Source: Octopus vulgaris (Eukaryota). Taken from it: 64,000 bases of DNA. Position numbers and translations under genes: made by a program. Positions 53,095 to 64,000 of the stretch are shown piece by piece (the stretch's first letter is position 1; every line of letters starts with the position of its first letter). The notes beneath the pieces were generated by a model that saw nothing but the letters and a program-made list of their open reading frames with translations, did no database searches and was not told the DNA's origin. The DNA lies in contig OX597815.1 in NCBI GenBank assembly GCA_951406725.2, positions 139,562,001-139,626,000 of the forward strand, given 5' to 3'.

Positions 53095-53768
53095 ATCAGA
53101 ACAACTGAATTTATCCAGCAAGTTCAACAGACCCTTGATTACAATCCCAGAAAGTCCAATTGCAAAATATCTCCATGTGTCAGAAGGAACAGTCAGACAT
53201 GTTGTCCACGAAGACATCAGATACAAGTCTTATAAGATGAAGAAAGGGCAATTTGTCAGAAATAGCAAAAGAAAGCCACTACATCAGATCTAAGAGGCTC
53301 TTAAACAAACTGGAAAATCCAGCAGAGTAAATTTGATTTGGTTTTTCTCAAACGAGAAAAACTTCGACCAAGATCAAAACGTTAACAGAAGAAATGCCGC
53401 CTACATTGAGGTCCTGAAAATAATTGTTAAACCCTAGATAGACAGTGTATGCAATGGAAGGCCATGTGTGTTTCAATAAGACTCTGTACTATCACACATG
53501 GCTCTAGTAACACAAGAATGCATGGCTGAAAATTTTCATGACCACATGACCCCTAACATTTGGCCTCCTAATTCCCAGATTGGACTATTACATGTGGAGC
53601 GTTGTTGAGGGAGACGTCAATGAACACGCCCATAACACCAAAGATTCCTTGAGAGCTGCCATAGTCAGAGTAATGTCTAACATGAACCAGGACCACTTGA
53701 TTTGGGCGTGTAGATTTAGATTTCTTATAGAAGCAGTTGTTGAAGCTGAAGGTGATTTTATTGAATAA
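53095..53768 (+). pseudogene. DD37D/maT-like transposase remnant with internal deletions
   Basis: VSEGTVRHVVHEDIRYKSYKM, WFFSNEKNF, VFQ*DS, WPPNS..DYYMWSVVE...HNTKDSL, IEAVVEAEGDFIE*. Confidence 0.85.
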
Positions 53769-55125
53769 CATTATAGAAAAGAATGTATGTATGTTGTTAA
53801 ACAATTTTAGGCTCAGTACTTCATCCAGAGAGGTCCCTTTAAACACGTAGAATGTTAACAGAAGCAGTATACTTTACAAAACCAGGGAAAACGAACAACC
53901 CCGAAGGTAAGCAGGAACGACGAATATCGATAATTGTAGATATTTCTGCTCATCGAAGCTGTATACTTTTTTTGTGTTTTTCTTTGTTTCTTACACTGCA
54001 CGTCTTAAAAGGGCCCTCCCCTGGACGAAAAATCGCGGCCTAAAAGCATTTAACAACACACTTACTTGAAATACGTGACATTGATAATGTTTACGTTATC
54101 GAACTGCTTCTGACACAAGCGTGGAACGAAGTCATGGAAGGATCATTTGTTCTATCACACAATATGTTGAAAGCAAATCTGAAATTACCTTTTTAATCAT
54201 AATTTTTGTAATTTTTAAAGTTTTCGTATCCTATATATAATTATGCCATTACAACTTCACTATAATTTTATGAAATATGTAAATTTCTTTTATTCAACAC
54301 ACATCTTCCTGGTCTGAATGGACACCAGTCGTTGTTTCAGTTTCGTGTTGTCTAACGTCATTTTTCTTCATGACCAACAAATATCAAAGGTCAGGTGTGA
54401 GGAGGCTATTGCAGTTAGAATGTCTCAACAATAGCATTGTAGTCCGTGGTCTGTCTGTTGAGGTCAGCAAATGTCCTTTGAATCAAAATAGCTTTGAAAT
54501 TTATTGGTCAAGCATAATTTACCGGTAGACAGCTCCAAGCTAGACGAATGGCCGATGTACATTTAAAGCAAGAAAACAAAAGACATACATATGAATTTTG
54601 AAACTATTTTGTTTTTCCAATGAAGATAACTTTCAACAATGTTGGTGTCCAGTGAGTCAATAAATCATCCATAAAATGGTAGTCAGCCAGCTCAGGAAGT
54701 TTATGGCGGCTATCTTTGATTCAGAGAAGACATTCAGACTGCTGAAATTAACAGAGCGACACGACAAAGAGTTTTAACCTGTTGAATTTTGGATGTAGAG
54801 ATAATTATGTTGTTATCTCAATTCGTCATTAATAATAATATTCTTAACTGATTTAACTATCACTAATTTCCTTAGTATTGTTATTACTGTTGTTGTTCAG
54901 CCCCAAAGCTTCGAATTTTTTTTCAGCTTACACAGGCAATAACTTCAGCCGTCACTTGCCAGCATCTATAGTTTAGTAGCATGTATTATGCTTTTACTAA
55001 TTTTTAAGTGTCTATCTAATCAAGACTAGACGCAGATATTCTATGCATTGATAATACTACAATAAATAGTATTATCTGTGGTTCTGTTGAAATTAATAAA
55101 TTTTGTTTTCAATTTAGTTTTGTTT

Positions 55126-55970
55126 TACGAGGGCGGGATGAAAATTTCATAGGCTGACTAAAAAAGGAGTGTGATGCTAGAGCTGTGAAATCTTGCAAGC
55201 ATTAATTTCAACCTTTCTTATTAATAATCTGTTTTGGTTTCTGTCCAAGTAAACTAACATCTCACTCTTCAAAGACTTCAGAAGTAACTAATTGCGACTT
55301 CTCTTGAAAATGGCCAAAATTTGGCATCGTGGTGTTATCAAGTACCTATGGAAAAAGGGTTTATCCCCCAAGGACATTGATACTGACATGGTTGTTACAT
55401 TAGCGCATGACGCGCCAGCTTTATCAACTGTGCAAAAGTGAGTAACTGAATGTTGGTAGAGAACGGAGAGTACTGAAGATGATCCAAGGTTTGGACATCC
55501 TGCAACTGCCACCACCAAGGGAAATATTGATCGTGTTCACCACATGCTGATGGATGGCAGGGGATTGACCATAAATCAAATAACCATTACTATTAGCATA
55601 TTGCGTAAGAGAGTTGTCTTCAGGCACCTGATAAAAAGCGCATTATTTGAGGCAGATTCAGCTGGTTTCCTTCGACGTTTTCTACGCCAGGATGAATTTT
55701 GGGCTCATCACTTTCAGTCTGGGACCCACGCCTCCTCAACTCTTCCAGAGAAGGCCAGCGTCGTTTCATCTGCAGGAAAGGTGATGGCCTCAGGTTTGGG
55801 GATGCAAAAGGCATTAGGCATTGTGTTTATTGACTATCTTCAAAAATATCACACAATCAACGGAGAGTACTATGCCAACTTGCTGAGGTAGATACGAAAG
55901 GCTATTAAGACCAAAAGCCCATGGAAACTGACGAAAGAATTGTCTTCAGGCACCTGGTCAAAAGCGCATT
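55126..55970 (+). mobile_element. mariner transposon remnant, rearranged
   Basis: TACGAGG TIR-like start; RGVIKYLWKKGLSPKDI...APALSTVQK*...DDPRFGHP, SAGKVMAS, IDYLQK..TINGEYYANLL; ~30-nt block repeated at 55614 and 55940. Confidence 0.85.
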
Positions 55971-56609
55971 TGCAACCCTCTTTAACCACTGTAACCATGT
56001 TGCCTGCCTAATGAGGAGTGGTGTTTGATCGATTTCTATTGAGTTCCTAACGCTTTCTTGCTTGTTACAAACAATCAACTATGAGGAAAAACTTTAAAAT
56101 ATATTTTTAAAAAAGAATGCTGGTTTAAACGAAAGTAAACTGATATATAAGAAAATAAAAAACTATAAAAATAATCTATGACAGAAAATCAGGAACATTA
56201 AATATGAAAATCCCAAATTTCCTGACATATTGTCACAATTGACAAATCGTTCTTACAAACAGAATAACGTCTTACAGATCTTCTTTCATAAAAGCTATTA
56301 TGTCTTATTCAATTATTTTGAGTACAGAAAAATAGTCAAATAATATCCGCGAAAATATAATAACTAAAATTATCTAAAGCATTAAATTACATTTTAAAAT
56401 TTAGTCATATTCGGAGTCGATGTGTTTTTACCGACTTTGACTCCGAGAACCCACTAATTGCTTTCGACTCTAATCTTATCACCGACTGGATCCCACAGAT
56501 TGGATCCCACGAGTTTTAGTTAACTTCTCATTACCGATTTGGATCCCACAGACATGGAAAGAAACCGAGCCATAAACAGAGTGCGCGAGCGCAAAATAGT
56601 CCATCGACT

Positions 56610-56681
<72 letters not shown>

Positions 56682-56728
56682 TGTGTGTGTGTATGTTTAT
56701 TCATTGGCTCAATATCTTTTTGTCTATG

Positions 56729-56765
<37 letters not shown>

Positions 56766-56803
56766 ATGTAAATATAATATAAATACCATTTTTTCGATGG
56801 CCG

Positions 56804-56864
56804 GATAACTCAAGAGATGGCGGCGTGGGTTTCCGCCCCGACATCCGAAACTCGGAGTTTTATC
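56804..56864 (+). ncRNA. HHR motif (G5C substitution)
   Basis: GAUAA-CUCAAGA-GAUG-GCGG..CCGC..CAUC-C-GAA-ACUC(g)GAGU-U-UUAUC. Confidence 0.6.
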
Positions 56865-57017
56865 ATAGCTACTGAATAATTATCACATATTATATTTACA
56901 GATAAATTCCTCTATTTACATAATATCGAGGTCTCTTTCATTCTTTTGTTGTCTTACCATTTCTATCAATATATATATATACATATATACATATATATAT
57001 CTACATACATACATACA

Positions 57018-57053
<36 letters not shown>

Positions 57054-57503
57054 TATATCTATATATATAGATATATATATATATATATATATCTATATAT
57101 ATATATATATGTATGTATGCATATATGACCTTTTATCTATTTCTGTATATCCTTTTATATACACAACCATTTATCTATATCTATTTACATCCTTATATAT
57201 ATATACATCCTTTTATCTATTTCTTTAAACATATTTGTGTGTATATATATGTATATGTGTGGGTGTATATAGATATTTGTATGTATGTGTGTATGCATGT
57301 ATGTATGTATATATGTATGCAAATGTGTTATGTAAGTACGTATGCATATGAAAAGTTTCGAAAAAGTTATTAACAATGTTTTTTTTAAATCTTAGAAAAA
57401 CGAAAGACACGAACCATTTGGAATGAAGATTTCGCATTGTGTATGTGTGTAGGCTCCTTCGTTGTTCAGTTTTTCAGACATATGGAGTAATCCGTAGAGA
57501 AGG

Positions 57504-57716
<213 letters not shown>

Positions 57717-58599
57717 AATATACTTCTGTATGTGTGTATTGCGTGATGTGTAACATGAACTTGTAGTTGACTGTATGCAAAGTCTCTTCTATGCTCTGAT
57801 GCATATGTCTAGGTGTATGAGTATGTGTGTGTATGTGTGTGTGTGTGTAGAAGGTATGCTCGTGTGTGTCTAGATGGATATGTGAATGTATCTATGTATG
57901 CATGTGTGTGTAAATGCTTGTGTGTATGCCTGTATGTATGTATGTATGTATGTATGTATGTATGTATGTATGTATGTATGTATGTATGTATGTATGTATG
58001 TATGTATGTATGTATGTATGTATGTATGTGTTTGCTCATATCTCCATACAGGATTAGCTGCTTAAGAAATGGAAATATACATTAGACACGCATAGTGTAC
58101 ACTTATGTTTTCTTAGACGATATTGAAGCAACTATCGATATAAGAGGACTTGCTGGATATAAACTTGCTTTTCTTTTTTTAACTGTTTCTTTATTTCTTC
58201 AAGTATATTCGATGGCAGTTGAATACAGTCTATAGCTGTTTTTGGTTATTTCTTCCGGAAGAATCCAAAAAGACATGCTACTTGATATTTCAACAGATCG
58301 GTGAAGTTGTTTTAGTTAACTTATTACAGTAATAGTTTCTTGTTGACACAGAAGTAGTTTAGTGTTGAGGGACTGTAAGATTATCCTATGCTTTCGCTTC
58401 AGTGCAGTGTGAGATAAAGGTTTGCAAAATCCGGGTAGATACTAGGATATAGTTAGTGACTACATTGTTTATTTTTGTTATTGTCTAATCTCAGATCCTG
58501 GGTGAAGTTGGTGCATTGATCTTTACCATTAGCATTCTTTTTTCATTAATAGGCATTTAAAACCAACGCTATAACTTTTGATATCATATGTAGCTCACA

Positions 58600-59030
58600 A
58601 GGAGGAGAGCTGACAGAATCGTTAGCGCATTTAATCCGAGTTCAAATTCTGTCGTTCTGAGACCAAATCCCGTCGATGTTCACTTTGCCTATCATCATTC
58701 AGGATCGATAAAATTAGTACCAGTCGAGGACTGGGGTCAATGTAATCGATTTGCCCACTGACTTGAAATTGCTGGCTTTGTGCCAAAAATTTCTAATCAG
58801 TATCATACAGAGCTCATAAGGCGGCGAGCTGGTAGAATCGGTAGGGTGCCGGGCAAAATGTTTAACTATTTCATCCATCTGTACGTTCTGGGTTTAAATT
58901 CCGTCGAGGCCCACTTACCTCTCATCCATTCGGGATTGATAAGATCAGTATAAGTTGAACATTGGGGTCAGTGTAATCAACTTACATCCTCCCCTGAAAC
59001 TGCTGGCTTTGTACAAAAATTTCTAACCAA
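58600..59030 (+). mobile_element. Two tandem SINE family B copies (58600-58800, 58820-59030)
   Basis: Two GG(A/C)GG(A/C)GAGCTG..AGAATCG heads, separated and flanked by a TATCATAnnnAGCTC-like motif. Confidence 0.85.
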
Positions 59031-59855
59031 TATTATACGTAGCTCGAGAATAATAGCAATTTAATCATTTATAGTAATATATCAGTCTTTAGCAACCATA
59101 CATGGTAACCACATACTGAATTAAATGAATAAATTAGAATCTAATTTAATAAATCACTTACAACAATGCATCTGGATACCATGACGTCTGAGTATTTAGC
59201 TTATAAAGAGCTGACTTATAATAAAAAGTGACTTTTAAATATATTTTAAAAACTTATAAATTAACCACAATTTACATATATCCACATTGATTCCTATAAA
59301 CAACTCTCGATATACAATAATTTTTTGAGACAAAGAAACTATGACTATAGACCAACATGGTTAGTTTCTCTTGGGATTTGATACTTTGATATTAAAACTG
59401 AATATCTGCTGTTTTACTTAGAACTTGCATGGGCGCCGCAATTAGGTATCAACATCTCGTCATTAACATAACGAAGTTGAACGCAAAAGAAAAGTTGTGA
59501 TATTAAACTGTTAAATCAGGAAGAAAGTTTTACAATCGATATAGGCAACATTTGAAGCCTATTTTCAGCGTGGAACAATATTTCTTATGATGTATGATAT
59601 ATTAGCAGTCATTTATAGCCGGATTTCGGCTATTTCCAGTAGCTAACTCTAGATGATCGATGTTCACAAAAATATTAGTGCAGATTATTGCAACACAGCT
59701 TGTAAAAAGTCATAAGTTAATATAGCGTAAGATTCTCTGTCTAAAAGGTTCACCATATTATTGAACACGGCTAAAAACATCTCTTTATGCTACAAGGCAC
59801 ACCAATTTATTTTTAAAGCACCACGTTGTCTTTTCTTTGTCAATAGAATGATTAA

Positions 59856-60070
59856 GGTGGCGAGCTGGCAAAGTCGTTAGCACACTGGACAAAATCTTGA
59901 GTAGCATTTCGTCCATCTTTACGTTCTGAGTTCAAATTTCACCGGGATCCATTTTCTCTTTCACCCTTTCGGGGTCGATAAAATAAATATCAGTTAAGTA
60001 CTGGGGTTGATGTGATCGACTTAACCCTTCCCCAGAAATTGCTGACTTTGTGCCGAAGTCTGAAACCGTT
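59856..60070 (+). mobile_element. SINE family B
   Basis: GGTGGCGAGCTGGCAAAGTCGTTAGCAC...CCTTTCGGGGTCGATAAAATAA. Confidence 0.85.
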
Positions 60071-60551
60071 ATTAATACATTTTTTATTGTTCCAATTAGC
60101 TTACTGAACTTATATCATCTTCACCGAAACCAGTAGCATACAACCTTTACTTAAAAATAAACAGAAATTCTGTCTTCTAAATATTTATAATGCCTTATCA
60201 GTTGCTGAAATTTTGTTGAAGACTATTAATATTCATAGGTCGTTAATAATGAACAATGACTAAATTAAAGTTGCAGGTGGACAATACTTACGAATTGAAA
60301 TGGAACTGGTTAAGATACCTTTTACACAGCATCGAAAGAACAAGAACAAATAAATTTGTCGCAGAAAGCCCTTAATTATCACCACGTTGTTTTTCTTTGT
60401 CAATAACATTGACGTCATAATGATAACGTAAAACGTAAGAATTTTATAGGAAAATATTCTAACCATAATTTCCATCACTTCTCTCTAATTTTGTTGCCCC
60501 TTCCTTTACGGAAGAGTTTCGATAAAAATCCAGTCTAAAATAAGATACGGA

Positions 60552-60583
60552 TTTTTTTCCCTTTTTTTCCGAACCTTACACAG
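60552..60583 (+). promoter_or_regulatory. Candidate splice acceptor of a 5'UTR intron of the tubulin gene
   Basis: Polypyrimidine tract TTTTTTTCCCTTTTTTTCC followed by ACACAG ending 7 nt before the ATG. Confidence 0.5.
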
Positions 60584-60590
60584 GGACAAC

Positions 60591-61880
60591 ATGAGAGAAA
60601 TTGTTCATATACAGATCGGACAATGTGGAAACCGCATTGGAGAGAGGTTCTGGGAATATATTTCGGACGAGCATGGAATTGATCCTCTAGGAAGGTTTAA
60701 CGGAGATTCAGATCTTCAGATAGAAAGAATCAACGTTTATTTCAATGAGGCACGAATGGGAAAATACGTACCAAGGGCTATTTTAGTGGATTTAGAGCCC
60801 GCAGTATTAGATTCAATAAGAGGCTCTCCTTTTGGACAATTATTTCGACCAGATAATTTTGTTTTTGGTCAAGGTAGCGCATCAAATAATTGGGCCAAAG
60901 GATATTTTACTGAAGGCGCTGAGCTATGTGATACTGTGTATGATATTGTACGAAAAGAAGCTGAAAGTTGTGATTGTATTCAAGGATTTCAACTGACTCA
61001 TTCCATTGGTGGTGGCTCAGGCGGTGGTCTCGGAGCCTTGTTAATGAGTAAAATAAAAGAAGAATTTTCAGATCGTATCAATCTCAACTTCACTGTTATA
61101 CCGTCACCGAAGGTCTCCGAAACTGTTGTAGAACCTTACAATGCTGTACTATCGATAAACACGCTGGTGGATAATTCTAATGAAACAATGTGCTTTGACA
61201 ACGAGGCACTTTTTAATATCTGCAATCGCACATTAAAACTGTCGCACCCTAGTTTGGAAGATCTAAATCACTTAATATCTACGACAATGTCTGGGATGAC
61301 GACATGTTTTCGATTCCCAGGTCAGTTAAATGCTGACCTGCGAAAGCTAGGAGTTAACATGATCCCATTTCCTCGTCTCCATTTCTTTATTCCGGGGTTC
61401 GCTCCTTTAACCGCTCGCAGTGTACAACCATATCGTGCAATGACAGTCCCAGAACTGTCGCAACAAATATTTGACGCCAAAAATATGATGGTTGCAGCTA
61501 ACCCGCTAGACGGTCGATATCTATGCGCAGCTTGTGTCTTCCGTGGAAGATTATCGATGAAGGAAGTAGATGAGCAGATGTTCAATATTCAAAATAAGAA
61601 CAGTTCATATTTTGTTGAGTGGATTCCGGATAACGTGAAAACTGCTGTGTGTGACATACCACCACGAGGACTTAAGATGTCAGCAACCTTTATTGGTAAC
61701 TCTACAAGTATTCAAGCCCTTTTTAGGAGAATCATGGAGCAATATGATACAATGTTACGACGACGCGCATTCTTGCATTGGTATACTGGAGAAGGAATGG
61801 AAGAAATGGAATTCACTGAAGCTGGATCCAATTTGGCTGATCTGATTTCAGAATACCAACATTATGAGACAGTTCATTAA
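60591..61880 (+). CDS. TUBB: Divergent beta-tubulin, intron-free CDS, 429 aa, no acidic C-terminal tail
   Basis: MREI start, [49 protein letters not shown] and [11 protein letters not shown]; uninterrupted and colinear with canonical beta-tubulin up to residue ~425. Confidence 0.97.
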   Translation: MREIVHIQIGQCGNRIGERFWEYISDEHGIDPLGRFNGDSDLQIERINVYFNEARMGKYVPRAILVDLEPAVLDSIRGSPFGQLFRPDNFVFGQGSASNNWAKGYFTEGAELCDTVYDIVRKEAESCDCIQGFQLTHSIGGGSGGGLGALLMSKIKEEFSDRINLNFTVIPSPKVSETVVEPYNAVLSINTLVDNSNETMCFDNEALFNICNRTLKLSHPSLEDLNHLISTTMSGMTTCFRFPGQLNADLRKLGVNMIPFPRLHFFIPGFAPLTARSVQPYRAMTVPELSQQIFDAKNMMVAANPLDGRYLCAACVFRGRLSMKEVDEQMFNIQNKNSSYFVEWIPDNVKTAVCDIPPRGLKMSATFIGNSTSIQALFRRIMEQYDTMLRRRAFLHWYTGEGMEEMEFTEAGSNLADLISEYQHYETVH

Positions 61881-62789
61881 ACTGTACATCCATTGAGAGA
61901 TTTATCAGACGGAATTTGGTAAATATTGTTGAAAAGAGGGATCTGATGTTAAATGGAACAGGCCAGAAAACATGGAGGTTTCTTTGTGTCAGATATTTAT
62001 TGTGATAAAACCTAATTAATCATGTTAGCTTTCTTCGATATTTATTCCATTTATCGCAAATACAGAGTACCTATCAACAGGAGTTAGTAAGTACTTATTA
62101 ACATGAGTTTATATTATAATCGCTTTCTCTTTTTTCTTCTCTCCCTCTTTCTCTCCTTCACTCTTTCTCTCTGCTAGATAAGTTATTCATATCTTCATGT
62201 TAAACCACCCAACAATTTCTCCTCTCTGTGCTGACTTCTAAGAGTTTTATGTAGAATGAAATGCTCTTGTTAATTCGTACTCCAAAACTCAGTTTCCATT
62301 CCTTCTTAAATTACTTCAAAGAAATACTAATCAATCTTCCTAACTTATTTTCTTCATTCTCTGTTATTCCTGATATTAAATCCAACGTGGACTGGTGAGA
62401 GGAAAATATTCTGGTGTATTCTCAAAGAGAAGCAGTGACAGTATAAGGATGAGCTGTAGCTAGTAGAGGTTACGTATTTTCAGATGAATAGTATAAATGA
62501 GTCTAGGAAGATCAATAAGATCAAGGAAAGATAGAAAGATACGATGGACCAGTGTTTTGTCCATAAGGGGAATATATGAGCCATGGAAACCGGGAAACCG
62601 GCCCTTTGAGTCGATGACTCGAGAAGGAACATTACTACTTTACTAAAAACACACGCTGTTAAGTTTACCTTATATCTTTATTTAGTCTAAAGGTGTGAAC
62701 ATATTTTATATACATGGTATAATACGCACAAACATGTACAAAGCCACCAGACAACCGGAAACAAAAGACAATGAGAAAGACAGATACCG

Positions 62790-63300
62790 TCCTAAATCCC
62801 ATTTCAGCCACGGAAGCAAATGCAAACCCGGATCAGGTAACCTCCACACCTAAACATTGGATCCAACAAGTCCTTGGTACTGTGGAGTCACTGGAAGTTC
62901 CTCTCTCCGATGATACCCCAGAGATAACAGTCAAGGATGATTGCGTCAGGACCGCTAGGACCAACATGATGCTGCGGCCACATGATCACAAGAGATTTCT
63001 GGATCTTGTAGGCCAGGAACTATCCGCTCCTCACCAAGGAGAACTTGTACCTAATGTGTTTGTGTAGCAGTCTTCACCCTTTTGAGCTGTTCTGTGATGA
63101 CCCCCGTCGATACGTTGCAGTTGTCATTGATGTTCTGGACCTGCTAGGCGGTCCAGAACATCAACGTCTGACTTTTGAAAATGTTCCATGCTCTTGGCCA
63201 CGGATAATACATCTTTTACAGAAGATTCCAGCTCTTTCCCAATCCGGAACACAAAGGGCCGGGCCCCTTTCGAGAAGCTGACAAAATTTAAGTCACTTAG
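62790..63300 (-). mobile_element. Very decayed Tc1/mariner-superfamily (DD37D-like) transposase remnant
   Basis: Minus strand GPSGPDAIILDCYLWGII...HSTKDLL resembles PPSSPDLNPLDYYLWG...HNTKDSL. Confidence 0.45.
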
Positions 63301-63565
63301 GTGAGCAGCTAGAGAGACACAAAAAATGGCGTGCGAGTTCATTTCCGGTAGAAAATTGGAATTTTTTACGTTGATGTCTGTCGGTAAGCTTAAAAGACTA
63401 ATGACAAAGTTAAAATTTGGTGGATGATACGTAAGTTAGGCACTTTTCCATTTATGACCTGCTGAATCTTGCTCACAAATACTTAGCGCATTCTTTCTAG
63501 CCCCATCTCTCTGTCTCTTTCTATTTCTGTCTCTCTCTCTCTGTTTCTCTCTGTCTGTCTGTCTG

Positions 63566-63602
<37 letters not shown>

Positions 63603-63629
63603 ATATATATATATATATATATATGTATA

Positions 63630-64000
63630 AGGGTGAAAAGGAACACACGAGTTGATATATATGAAAAAACAAGTAAAAAATAGAAAATGCTAAAATAATT
63701 TTATAGTGAACATTTCAGTACCGGTTTCGGTCATTTTGAGACCTTTTCAACTGTAACGATTAAATAATTAAATTTAGAAAAATTAGAAGAAAAGTTTTTT
63801 AAAACAATATTTCTATAGTAGTGTTCAGATTTAAGTGGCATTCTGCCTTTCTCTGACTCCCTTGTTTGCACTTGTGTGTTCGAGGTAGTTGTGAGTTCTT
63901 GGTAGGGTAGTAGAGGGAAGGCTGGTGAGGAAAGGGGGGTGGGAGAATCTGGGAGTGCCCAGTGGCGGCTGGCAGTCTCAGTTCAATTCAGGAGAATATT
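63630..64000 (-). mobile_element. Probable 3' end/pLTR of a second Penelope-like element running off the window
   Basis: HHR at 63713-63756; minus strand at the window edge reads YSPELN*, like the P.LN end of Penelope GIY-YIG domains; abuts (TA)n. Confidence 0.5.
63713..63756 (-). ncRNA. Minimal HHR with U3-A8 compensatory core
   Basis: UUACAG-UUGAAAA-GGUC(ucaaaau)GACC-GAA-ACCGGU-A-CUGAAA; palindromic stem III and GUA triplet. Confidence 0.7.

Noticed and set aside
63127-63164. 15-bp perfect hairpin TTGATGTTCTGGACC/GGTCCAGAACATCAA
   Set aside because: Isolated, inside a decayed transposon remnant, with no functional motif; bacterial terminator logic does not apply.

Overview
AT-rich, microsatellite-saturated animal genomic DNA. 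The SINE and repeat repertoire looks like an Octopus (coleoid cephalopod) genome, which is an inference from remembered repeat families, not a search result. Only one intact protein-coding ORF is recognisable: a divergent beta-tubulin (60591-61880) with an intron-free CDS and no acidic C-terminal tail. There is also a weak candidate terminal exon and long 3'UTR on the minus strand (~40540-44837). The rest is mobile DNA: decayed mariner, Tc1 and DD37D transposons and MITEs; RTE, CR1-like and R4/Dong-like LINE fragments; a Penelope-like element with RT-thumb and GIY-YIG remnants; and three tRNA-derived SINE families. The most interesting layer is non-coding. By eye I find about 16 minimal hammerhead-ribozyme (HHR)-like motifs on both strands, most carrying core substitutions. 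They include (i) three diverged copies of a ~340-365 nt HHR-containing unit, each integrated as slightly more than one monomer (retrozyme-like), (ii) two HHRs with very long stem II insertions associated with large inverted repeats, and (iii) a U3-A8 compensatory core variant. Nearly all other ORFs in the supplied track are microsatellite artefacts. All folds and alignments were done by eye, so coordinates of decayed elements are approximate.
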